Origin: Candidatus Stahliibacteriota bacterium
GTDB taxonomy: Bacteria > Hydrothermota > UBA3073
DNA length: 61,675 nt
Assembly (NCBI GenBank): GCA_030627085.1
Contig: DAOUSS010000001.1
Location: 1-61,675 of the forward strand
Reading direction: 5' to 3'
Shown: positions 1 through 7,195 of the stretch, piece after piece
Layout of the letters: each line of letters starts with the position of its first letter
Numbering within the stretch: position 1 is the stretch's first letter
Notes under the pieces: generated by a model
What the model was told of the DNA's origin: nothing
Database searches by the model: none
The model's input: the letters and a program-made list of their open reading frames with translations, nothing else
Position numbers and translations under genes: made by a program

Positions 1-50
1 GTGTGCTTTGTGGTTTAAATAAAAAGAAATTCGTGCAATTTGTTAACCTG

Positions 51-80
51 CCCTGTTAGATATGGAGTTATCTAACAGGG
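51..80. repeat. palindromic hairpin, TTAGAT/ATCTAA family
   Basis: ccctgttagat (51-61) pairs with atctaacaggg (70-80): 11-bp perfect stem, 8-nt loop. The same stem sequence recurs at 2392-2453, 20405-20502 and 21768-21796. Confidence 0.8.
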
Positions 81-146
81 TAAATGATATTCGTGTTTTA
101 TACTTTCTATGCAATCAAGGAAATTTTCAAAATGACATTTTTTTTC

Positions 147-175
147 TTGACAAACATGCAGGTTTAGTATATAAT
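147..175 (+). promoter_or_regulatory. sigma70-type promoter TTGACA-N17-TATAAT
   Basis: ttgaca 147-152, 17-nt spacer, tataat 170-175. It precedes a hairpin-rich leader of about 230 nt and the M23 peptidase gene. Confidence 0.6.
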
Positions 176-407
176 AGAAATCCTTATTCCAGATCATACA
201 TTGAACACCGAAATAATATCATTGATCAGGTCGTCAGTGGTGTAGGGACAGGGCTAGCCTCTGTCTGAGGCAATTCAAAGCTTCAGCTTTGAGTTGCAGA
301 ATGATGTTATGTAACTCAACCCTTTAGGTTCGAAGAATGCTGTGCAGTTGATAGTCAACATGGACAATCGCAAGGGTTGTCCCTACAATAAACAACTTTC
401 ATCCAAA

Positions 408-1124
408 ATGCCAAAAAGAATATCTGTAATATTTATCCCCGAAGAAGAAGGGAAAGTAAGAAAAATAGTAATTCCGAGGAGTACCGCTATATTACTTATA
501 ACTCTACTTTTTATAGCAATTGGCTTTTTGACATTTTTGGGATACAGATACTGGTCTATTTACACCCTTGCAAGGAGGGCACTCATACTGGAGGAACGCG
601 TCGAACTCCTTGAAGAAGAAAGGAAAAACACAATAGAAAGGGTTACTGTAGATCTGAATAGAGTAGCCTATGAAACTCAGCGGTTACTGGCGCTTCTCGG
701 TATAGAAGACACACAACCCGATTATAGAAAAAACGATATTCAAGAGAATGATATACCTTCAATCTGGCCAACAAAAGGATGGATCAGTCAAGGATTTTCT
801 CCTTATCATCAGGCGGTAGATATTGCTGCGCCTATTGGTACTCCTATAGTTTCAATCATCAGTGGTGTTGTAACTGCGGTATGGAAGGATTCCTTACTCG
901 GCAATGTATTAGAGATAAGCAACGAAAAAGGCTATAGAATCGTATATGGACATAACTCAACCGTAATTGTAAAAGAAGGAGATAAAGTAAATAGAGGAGA
1001 TGTTGTGGCATTCGTTGGATCAAGTGGCATAACTTCGGGTCCTCATCTCCACTATGAGATATATCATAATGACAGTATTATAAATCCTGAACAATATCTC
1101 CTCTCTGATCACAGTAATCCGTAA
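408..1124 (+). CDS. M23 family (LytM-type) metallopeptidase with N-terminal membrane anchor
   Basis: HxxxD (HQAVDIAAPIGTP) and HxH (GPHLHYEI) motifs and a TM segment (ILLITLLFIAIGFLTFL). The track ORF starts at GTG 342 inside a repeat hairpin, so ATG 408 (MPKRISV) is preferred. The start remains uncertain. Confidence 0.85.
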   Translation: MPKRISVIFIPEEEGKVRKIVIPRSTAILLITLLFIAIGFLTFLGYRYWSIYTLARRALILEERVELLEEERKNTIERVTVDLNRVAYETQRLLALLGIEDTQPDYRKNDIQENDIPSIWPTKGWISQGFSPYHQAVDIAAPIGTPIVSIISGVVTAVWKDSLLGNVLEISNEKGYRIVYGHNSTVIVKEGDKVNRGDVVAFVGSSGITSGPHLHYEIYHNDSIINPEQYLLSDHSNP

Positions 1125-1213
1125 GTTCTATGCTCGTAATACGCTATGTTTTCAAATACGCCCATAAAAGAAAATCAAAAAGATAATTAGTTTGCTGGCA
1201 ACAAACTTTTCTC

Positions 1214-1242
1214 TTGACAAATATCAGAAATTGTAGTAAAAT
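1214..1242 (+). promoter_or_regulatory. sigma70-type promoter TTGACA-N17-TAAAAT
   Basis: ttgaca 1214-1219, 17-nt spacer, taaaat 1237-1242. The ATG at 1254 is only 11 nt downstream of the -10, so the leader would be very short. Confidence 0.55.
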
Positions 1243-1253
1243 GAAAAGTAACT

Positions 1254-2153
1254 ATGAAGCGTCTCTTTCTTCTCGTATTTATACCATCTATTATATACTG
1301 CAGCACTGCCACTACCATATTTGACTTCCTCAATATCCCTTGCGGTGCAAGGCCTACAGCAGTTGGCGGTGGATTTTCTGCCTTCTGTGACCCTTATAGT
1401 ATATTCTATAATCCTGCTGGAATATGTAATACACCCTTTATGACAGTTAGTTCAACCATACGACACTACATAGCAGGGATAAATTCCGGCATCTTACTGT
1501 GGGAGAAACCTGATTTTAACGGGGTGATTGGCATTGCAATCAACTATGTAAATCTTGGGAGTATGGAGAGACGGGATATAGATGTCAATCTAAATGGCAG
1601 TTTTACTCCAATCTCCTTATCCACAAAATTTGCCTACGCCAGGTATATTGGCTTATTTAAGGGGGGAATATCTGTAAATCTGATATACGAGAATATAGAT
1701 AAATACTCTGCCTTTGCCCCCGCAGTTGACATAGGCGCCATCTATACACCCCCCTCTATCCCTCAACTTAACCTCGGTTTCAGCCTTAACAACCTTGGCT
1801 ATGAAATTATCTCGTTCAGAGACACAAGGGAAAATCTGCCATACAAGATAAAGGCTGGTACGATCTATCGACCCCTTCCACCTTACACTTTCAGTCTGGA
1901 TGTTGAGCGACAGATAAACGGAAGGCAAGATTTTATTCTGGGGACAGAGATAGCCTTTTCCCCCACCTTTGTTTTTAGGGCAGGATACTCCTCACGGGGG
2001 CAAGACCTCAAGGTAGGTATGCCAATGGATGTAACTGCGGGACTATCTTTTGGAGTTGGATTGGTGCGAAATAGATTAAAAATTGATTATACAGCATCGT
2101 CTATGGTAGACCTTGGTATTGCTCACCAGATAAGCATATCCTTCTTTGATTGA
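1254..2153 (+). CDS. PorV/PorQ-like outer-membrane beta-barrel protein
   Basis: Signal peptide, then FDFLNIPCGARPTAVGGGFSAF..DPYSIFYNPAGI, which resembles the N-terminal signature of the PorV/PorQ (T9SS-associated) family. Alternating beta-strand pattern and an aromatic-rich C-terminus (ISISFFD). Confidence 0.6.
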   Translation: MKRLFLLVFIPSIIYCSTATTIFDFLNIPCGARPTAVGGGFSAFCDPYSIFYNPAGICNTPFMTVSSTIRHYIAGINSGILLWEKPDFNGVIGIAINYVNLGSMERRDIDVNLNGSFTPISLSTKFAYARYIGLFKGGISVNLIYENIDKYSAFAPAVDIGAIYTPPSIPQLNLGFSLNNLGYEIISFRDTRENLPYKIKAGTIYRPLPPYTFSLDVERQINGRQDFILGTEIAFSPTFVFRAGYSSRGQDLKVGMPMDVTAGLSFGVGLVRNRLKIDYTASSMVDLGIAHQISISFFD

Positions 2154-2391
2154 AAATTTTCAATTGACAATTGTTAATTTTAGACGTTGTTTCAAAGTGT
2201 TATGATAGGAAGAAGTGGTTAATTGGAGTGCCTGCCTGCGGTAGGCAGGCAATAGCTTGCTATTGCCAAACTATGACAGGATACTTTATTCCCCTATGCA
2301 TTACCAAGGTAATGCACTCCACTACAGATGATTTTAATGCTATCACGCCACTTTGGAACACTCCCTAATGTTAAAACAACCTCTGTGGTTC

Positions 2392-2453
2392 CCCTGTTAG
2401 ATAGTAAACCCCGTAGGATGCTTGCTATCCAACGGGGTAAACATCTAACAGGG
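2392..2453. repeat. nested palindromic hairpin, TTAGAT/ATCTAA family
   Basis: Outer stem ccctgttagat (2392-2402) / atctaacaggg (2443-2453); inner stem ccccgt (2409-2414) / acgggg (2432-2437). Flanked by ctctgtggtt (2381-2390) and atctgtggtt (2457-2466). Confidence 0.8.
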
Positions 2454-2506
2454 TGAATCTGTGGTTAAGGTTTTTATAATAGCGAATAAAGGGAAAGGAG
2501 ATATAA

Positions 2507-2620
2507 GTGCTTGTATCAGCAATAGTTATGTTGATATTTGGTTGTGTTGTGCTCTATGGGGGATTGATATTCTGCCTCTATAGGGCGATCAAAGGCGGTA
2601 AAAAAGATAAGGACGTTTAG
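2507..2620 (+). CDS. candidate 37-aa single-pass membrane mini-protein
   Basis: GTG start 6 nt after aaggag (2495-2500). Product MLVSAIVMLIFGCVVLYGGLIFCLYRAIKGGKKDKDV has one TM helix and a basic tail. It is below the ORF-track length cutoff. From memory it resembles small subunits of Na+-coupled importers (MetS-like), unverified. Confidence 0.35.
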   Translation: MLVSAIVMLIFGCVVLYGGLIFCLYRAIKGGKKDKDV

Positions 2621-2848
2621 AAATAAAGTCACAGATTACACGGATTAATACATAGATAAGCACTGATATTTTAAGAGATTACCAAAATTTGCAATATTTT
2701 CAGACTTGGTAACTACCCTCTAAAAATTCTGATTTTTGGATTTTTTTGGAATAAAAATTTAGTAAAACGAGCGGTTGATAGCACAAAAAACCTTTACAGG
2801 CTTGGGTTTATCGTAATCTGCCGTTTTTTAAAAATTTCATTTTTTTCC

Positions 2849-2877
2849 TTGACAATATTATATTTTTGTGTTATATT
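2849..2877 (+). promoter_or_regulatory. sigma70-type promoter TTGACA-N17-TATATT with TGn extension
   Basis: ttgaca 2849-2854, 17-nt spacer, tg at 2869-2870, tatatt 2872-2877. About 340 nt upstream of the porin start. Confidence 0.6.
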
Positions 2878-2997
2878 GTATTTAAGTAAAGTCAGTTTTC
2901 TCTGAGGTTAACCGGGAGAAATATGAACTATGGCTTCCTTGGCGTTGGCTTATCAGAACTTCCTAATTTTGGTATAAACAGAGGGAAGTATTACAGA

Positions 2998-3043
2998 ATA
3001 CCCTCAATCCCCACGTTACACAGGATTGAGGGTATTTTTATTT
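2998..3043 (+). terminator. intrinsic-terminator-like hairpin inside the porin leader
   Basis: ataccctcaatcc (2998-3010) / ggattgagggtat (3023-3035), 13-bp stem, 12-nt loop, followed by a T-rich tract (tttttattt). Confidence 0.6.
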
Positions 3044-3216
3044 ACCCTTGCGGCTTCCCTTACGCGAGGTTTGTAAGGTTCGTTTAAGTCAGCCCTGCGT
3101 ATCTTATGATACGCAGGGTAGTCCTTAAAACACAGTATTCCACTTTCTCCTTTAGCGAATTACGCCTTCAAAAAGAGGTAGAATTTGGAAAAATGATATA
3201 AATAAAAGGAGGCGAA

Positions 3217-4254
3217 ATGAAGAGAATAGGCTTTGTGATGGTAGGAGTTATGCTATTGGGATTTTTTGCTTCGCTGCAGGCAAAACCCTTTGAAAATGCT
3301 GCCCAGTCCTATATTCAGCAGGAAATCAGGTACACCCAGGATAAATTGACCTTTAGTGTCAGGAGAATGAGATTACGTTTCACTGGCAGTTTAGCCGATG
3401 GTAAATTAGCTTATAGGCTGGAACCGGCATTTGAAAAGGATGGCAGGTCACTTGATGTGAAGTTTGCCTACGCCGATATCAAATACATGGCTCCCTATTT
3501 TAACATCAGGGTTGGTAAGTTCTGTACCCCATCCAATGTAGAGGTCTATTGGACCTGGCCACCCAAGCAACTAACAGTATGGATTAACCCCATTACAAGA
3601 AAGATTTGGGAGGTAGGCGACCTCTTTGACTATGGAGTACAGGGCAGTGGAACCTTTAAATTGGGGGCCGAGTCTAACTTGGGCTACATAGTGTCGGTAA
3701 CTAATGGCAAGGGTTCAGGAATAGCAGCAAATCCTGATGGCAAGGTTGATATTTGCGGCAGGGTTAATCTTACCCCCATTAAGGGACTACAGATAGGTGG
3801 TTGGACACAACTTGTAAATGCTTATGTTGCTGCTCTAGATTCGATAGATAAGCGCACTCTATCCGGGATAGATGTTTGGTATACAGGCTATGGACTTGAT
3901 ATCCGTGGCGGGTATGATATGGGAGATGCTGGTGATTTTGGCATAATAACGGTTGATGGAAGGACTGGAAAATACACCGGTTTCCATATTATGGGTGGTT
4001 ACAGCTTCGAGACACCTGTGGAGGCTTTTGAAATAGGCACCTTAGAAGTCCAGCCTGTTATCAATTACTCATCCTATGCTCCTGATATCGATGGAGTTGA
4101 CCCTGCTACTGTTATTACTCCTGGTGTGAACCTATACCTGGGTGAGAACCTCAAGTTTATGCTCAACTATAGGATGATCACCGACGAAGATGGAGCCTAC
4201 TTTGCATCAGATGACAATGTATTCGAGATGAGGACACAGGTACTGTTCAAATAA
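3217..4254 (+). CDS. outer-membrane porin-like beta-barrel (possibly phosphate-selective OprO/P-like)
   Basis: RBS aaaggagg, signal peptide (MLLGFFASLQA), amphipathic beta-strand periodicity throughout, C-terminal MRTQVLFK. Assignment to the OprO/P family is tentative. Confidence 0.55.
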   Translation: MKRIGFVMVGVMLLGFFASLQAKPFENAAQSYIQQEIRYTQDKLTFSVRRMRLRFTGSLADGKLAYRLEPAFEKDGRSLDVKFAYADIKYMAPYFNIRVGKFCTPSNVEVYWTWPPKQLTVWINPITRKIWEVGDLFDYGVQGSGTFKLGAESNLGYIVSVTNGKGSGIAANPDGKVDICGRVNLTPIKGLQIGGWTQLVNAYVAALDSIDKRTLSGIDVWYTGYGLDIRGGYDMGDAGDFGIITVDGRTGKYTGFHIMGGYSFETPVEAFEIGTLEVQPVINYSSYAPDIDGVDPATVITPGVNLYLGENLKFMLNYRMITDEDGAYFASDDNVFEMRTQVLFK

Positions 4255-4278
4255 GGATAGATTCTATCTATTCTTGCT

Positions 4279-4302
4279 AAAATTTGTAAGGAGGTCTTGC
4301 AG
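4279..4302. repeat. inverted-repeat arm (SD-containing) upstream of gene 4327-5235
   Basis: aaaatttgtaaggaggtcttgcag. Its reverse complement occurs at 5284-5309 and 6724-6750, and a direct copy at 5482-5508. Confidence 0.85.
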
Positions 4303-4326
4303 GTCAGGAGAAAGGAGGAGAAACAT

Positions 4327-5235
4327 ATGTTAAATAAAATCAAAATATCAAGTTTTCTGGTGATTATTGCACTGTTTTTAATGCTAATTCCCTGTGCTAT
4401 GAATGCCGGTATCCCTAGTGAATACGAGGGTGGGGTGTATTCTTACGAGTTAGCCCGAGTAATCCAGGTACCAGGAAGACAGGGAATTGCTTCGGACGGG
4501 GATTACTACTATGTCAGTTGCAGTAAGGCTCTTTATAAGTGCGATAAAAATGGAAAGATACTTTTGGCAAATAAGGAGCCATTTAAAACATTCCCCAAAG
4601 AAGCCGTGTGTAACCACATAGGAGACATAGATTACTATAATGGTGAGCTTTATATAGGTGCGGAGGAGTTCAAGGAAGGAAGAGGTTTTAACATACAGAT
4701 TGCAATATACGATGCCAAGAGGTTAAAGTATAAACGTTCCATACCTTTTGATGAGAAGTCCGGACAAATAGAAGTCTGTGGAATGACTGTAGATCCTATT
4801 CGTAAGGTAGCATGGATGTCTGATTGGTGTAGTGGTAGATATCTTTATCAGTATGACCTCACGACTGGCACATATATTGGTAAATTACACTTGCAGCCGC
4901 CACCAGAGAAGCAACAAGGAGTCTATTATTATGATGGGAATCTGTTTATCACGGCAGACGATGGGGATGCTAATGACTGGGAGCATGACCATATGTACTG
5001 GGCAAATGCGAATCCCTCCGCAACCTATGCACCAGTGAAGTTAGAGAAAACATTTAGCGAATTCACCCGTACAGGCGAAATTGAAGGTATGTGCGTTGAC
5101 CCAAAGACTGGACAATTTCTAGTCCTATTCAATAGGGGAACTAAAGTTGTCGAAGGGATGCCTGTAGGTTTTTACACTGGTTATGAGAAAGAGATACACG
5201 AGTTGTACATATACAATATAACTAAGTCCCCATAA
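4327..5235 (+). CDS. secreted protein of unknown function (repetitive, possibly beta-propeller-like)
   Basis: ATG 4327 sits 8 nt after aggagg; the track start TTG 4297 lies inside the repeat. Signal peptide (FLVIIALFLMLIPCAMNA). Recurrent D-G-(D/N)-hydrophobic blade-like motifs (DGDYYYVS, YNGELYIG, YYYDGNLFITADDGD, IEGMCVDP). The fold call is inference. Confidence 0.5.
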   Translation: MLNKIKISSFLVIIALFLMLIPCAMNAGIPSEYEGGVYSYELARVIQVPGRQGIASDGDYYYVSCSKALYKCDKNGKILLANKEPFKTFPKEAVCNHIGDIDYYNGELYIGAEEFKEGRGFNIQIAIYDAKRLKYKRSIPFDEKSGQIEVCGMTVDPIRKVAWMSDWCSGRYLYQYDLTTGTYIGKLHLQPPPEKQQGVYYYDGNLFITADDGDANDWEHDHMYWANANPSATYAPVKLEKTFSEFTRTGEIEGMCVDPKTGQFLVLFNRGTKVVEGMPVGFYTGYEKEIHELYIYNITKSP

Positions 5236-5283
5236 AAGAAAGGCAACTGAGGTAACTCATTGAAGATAAGAGAAAATGTAAAG

Positions 5284-5309
5284 CTGCAAGACCTCCTTCA
5301 AAATTTGGC
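5284..5309. repeat. inverted-repeat arm (anti-SD-like) downstream of gene 4327-5235
   Basis: ctgcaagacctccttcaaaatttggc. The first 15 nt are the perfect complement of aaggaggtcttgcag. It pairs with 5482-5508 over about 26 bp with one mismatch and one bulge. Confidence 0.85.
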
Positions 5310-5389
5310 CGTTGGGTAACCGATAGATTTTTAGATATTCCCATCAAACTCTTTCTTTCTCTGTGTATCTGTGGTTAATTTTTCCTCTT

Positions 5390-5455
5390 GACGGAGCCTA
5401 CTTCACATCAGACAACGATGTGATGGAGATAAGGACACAGGTAGTGTTCAAGTAA
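5390..5455 (+). pseudogene. remnant of a porin 3' end (last 21 codons plus stop)
   Basis: Translates to DGAYFTSDNDVMEIRTQVVFK*, versus the porin C-terminus DGAYFASDDNVFEMRTQVLFK* (4189-4254). The similarity continues through the downstream spacer to 5508. Confidence 0.75.
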
Positions 5456-5481
5456 GGATAGATTCTATCTATTCTTGTCTT

Positions 5482-5508
5482 GCCAAAATTTGTAAGGAGG
5501 TCTTGCAG
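5482..5508. repeat. inverted-repeat arm (SD-containing) upstream of the metallophosphoesterase gene
   Basis: gccaaaatttgtaaggaggtcttgcag, a direct copy of 4279-4302. Confidence 0.85.
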
Positions 5509-5577
5509 TGTAATAGAGAGAAAGGGGGTAGAAAGGGTTTTAACTCGCTTTACCCTCAAGTAAAGAGGAGGATGAAA

Positions 5578-6696
5578 ATGAAAGAATCTAAAAAGCTATG
5601 GATATGCCTATTCATGATAGTTCTAATACTTCCCTGGACCGCCAATGGCTTTGAGCGGATAAAGTTTGGAGTTATTTCTGATCCTCATTTAGCTATGCCA
5701 GCAGCAGGAACAGAAGACGAGTTCAAAATGCAGCTTTCAAGTGTGGATCTAATGAAGAATGCAGTAAAAGAATTTAATAAGACCCCTGGTCTTGATTTTG
5801 TAGTTCTAACTGGCGATATAACGCTTAATGCTGAGCCCTGGAATGTAGAGATGATAAAATCTATCATGGATGGGTTAAGAGTGCCTTACTATGTTGTGTT
5901 AGGGAACCACGATATAAGTCCAGTACCTACACCACCAAAGCCTGGTGCTCCACCATCAATGGGTGCGTACATAGGTGTCACAAGATCTACTTTTGCCTGG
6001 ACTTTCCAAGGACATGGGTTCAATGGACCTGATCTTTGGTGGAGTGATGATCCGGTACCTGGTCTTCATATCATTGGTTTAGACACAAATGTCCCCGGTA
6101 TCTGGGGTGGTACTGTACCTGCAAATGAGATTGCTTGGTTAGAACATGATCTTTACGCTAATCGTGATAAGTTGACCATAGTGTTTTCTCATCATGGTTT
6201 TGTCACCTGGCATAAGGATGAAGAAAGTGCAGCGTGGAAGAACTACAATTGGTTTCCTGTTGATAACGCCGCAGAGATGAGGGCGATTTTTGAAAAGTAC
6301 CCCCAGGTTAGTTTTGTTATAAATGGACACCGCCACATCGGACAGCGCTACAAAAAAGTAAACGATGTTTACTACTTCGTTATACCTGCTGTTTCTTCAT
6401 ATCCAATGAGATACGCGGTGTTCACGCTAACGCCCGATGAACTGAGTTGGGTGTCAAAAGATATACCAATTTCTAAAAAAGTTTTGAACACGGCAAAAGC
6501 AAACTGTATCGGCGAACCTGGGGAGTGGTGGAGATGTTCAGATCATCCTAAAGGGCCGGCGGGCGACAAAAAGATGCTGGAGTTCTTTGAAGCGAAGGAA
6601 TATATGAAGGGTAAGGTCCCTGTTAGGTTCAAACCCCAGCGCTATGGAGAATTAAGAGTTCCTTCCGAGGAACTCTTGGGGGCAGTGGTTAGATAA
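5578..6696 (+). CDS. secreted calcineurin-like metallophosphoesterase
   Basis: Motifs GVISDPH, TGDIT, LGNHD, FSHHG and INGHRH. Signal peptide (LWICLFMIVLILPWTANG). ATG 5578 has better SD spacing than 5572, and the track start 5503 lies inside the repeat. Confidence 0.85.
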   Translation: MKESKKLWICLFMIVLILPWTANGFERIKFGVISDPHLAMPAAGTEDEFKMQLSSVDLMKNAVKEFNKTPGLDFVVLTGDITLNAEPWNVEMIKSIMDGLRVPYYVVLGNHDISPVPTPPKPGAPPSMGAYIGVTRSTFAWTFQGHGFNGPDLWWSDDPVPGLHIIGLDTNVPGIWGGTVPANEIAWLEHDLYANRDKLTIVFSHHGFVTWHKDEESAAWKNYNWFPVDNAAEMRAIFEKYPQVSFVINGHRHIGQRYKKVNDVYYFVIPAVSSYPMRYAVFTLTPDELSWVSKDIPISKKVLNTAKANCIGEPGEWWRCSDHPKGPAGDKKMLEFFEAKEYMKGKVPVRFKPQRYGELRVPSEELLGAVVR

Positions 6697-6723
6697 ATCT
6701 AAGTAGTTAGGAGAAATTTTAAG

Positions 6724-6750
6724 CTGCAAGACCTCCTTCAAAGTTCGGCC
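6724..6750. repeat. inverted-repeat arm (anti-SD-like) downstream of the metallophosphoesterase gene
   Basis: ctgcaagacctccttcaaagttcggcc, a near copy of 5284-5309. Confidence 0.85.
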
Positions 6751-6814
6751 ATTGGAAGTAAGAGCACCAAGGAAGAAGATTTGTTATCTCTTCTTAATTG
6801 GATAAAAAATACCT

Positions 6815-6923
6815 GGGAATTACAGCAAAGTGTCCCGTTATACCGCACTAAAATCAGAATGTCAAATAAGCAAGTGCAAATCTAAATTACGCGTATCTAA
6901 TGGGACACTTTGGTATAATTCCC
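6815..6923 (+). promoter_or_regulatory. 22-nt inverted repeat pair overlapping an extended -10 (TGgTATAAT)
   Basis: gggaattacagcaaagtgtccc (6815-6836) versus gggacactttggtataattccc (6902-6923): 20/22 complementary, with a 65-nt interior. tggtataat at 6911-6919 lies inside the right arm. Confidence 0.5.
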
Positions 6924-6971
6924 AAATTATAATAATAGGGAACAATCAAAATAAAACATAGAGGAGGCAAT

Positions 6972-7178
6972 ATGCCTACACCAACAATTTCATCTCTCCT
7001 TTATCCATATATTGTGGGGGGGGTTCTGTTTGTAATTGGTATGATACTCGTATTTAAATCGGATGTGGTTGACCTGAAGTTAAGAAGATATAGAATCATG
7101 GTCATTTGGTTAATTGCAGGGTATTTCATTTATCTTGCTATCCATTCATTTTTCTTCTTTGTAGCTCCTCGTCTTTAG
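6972..7178 (+). CDS. small two-TM membrane protein, putative accessory subunit of the SSS transporter
   Basis: Strong RBS (agaggagg). 68 aa with two hydrophobic helices. It ends 17 nt before the transporter start, an arrangement like the small subunits that precede some solute:sodium symporters. Confidence 0.55.
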   Translation: MPTPTISSLLYPYIVGGVLFVIGMILVFKSDVVDLKLRRYRIMVIWLIAGYFIYLAIHSFFFFVAPRL

Positions 7179-7195
7179 AGAAAAAGGAGGTAAAG

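Noticed and set aside
62-268. Track ORFs lying in repeat, promoter or tRNA DNA: 62-268, 2171-2368, 13998-14207, 21781-21966, 34471-34692, 34481-34663, 38343-38558, 38894-39300, 49382-49588, 61330-61551.
   Set aside because: They are translations of hairpin or word-array sequence (for example ...KLCVLCELCG from ctttgtg repeats), of a promoter region, or of the tRNA gene. None has an RBS or a recognisable domain.
2924-3090. A 55-codon ORF inside the porin leader (MNYGFLGVGLSELPNFGINRGKYYRIPSIPTLHRIEG...), considered as a leader peptide.
   Set aside because: It has no SD and runs straight through the terminator hairpin. Its composition looks like a translated structured RNA. It may still matter for attenuation, but there is no positive evidence.
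4279-6750. Integron gene cassettes (attC) or an invertible DNA segment (inverton) as the explanation for the gene-flanking inverted repeats.
   Set aside because: There is no integrase, invertase or recombinase gene in the window. The repeats lack the attC R''/L''-L'/R' organisation. The inverted repeats flank whole ORFs including their own RBS rather than a promoter. An RNA-level or duplication-scar explanation seems more economical, though DNA inversion cannot be excluded without read data.
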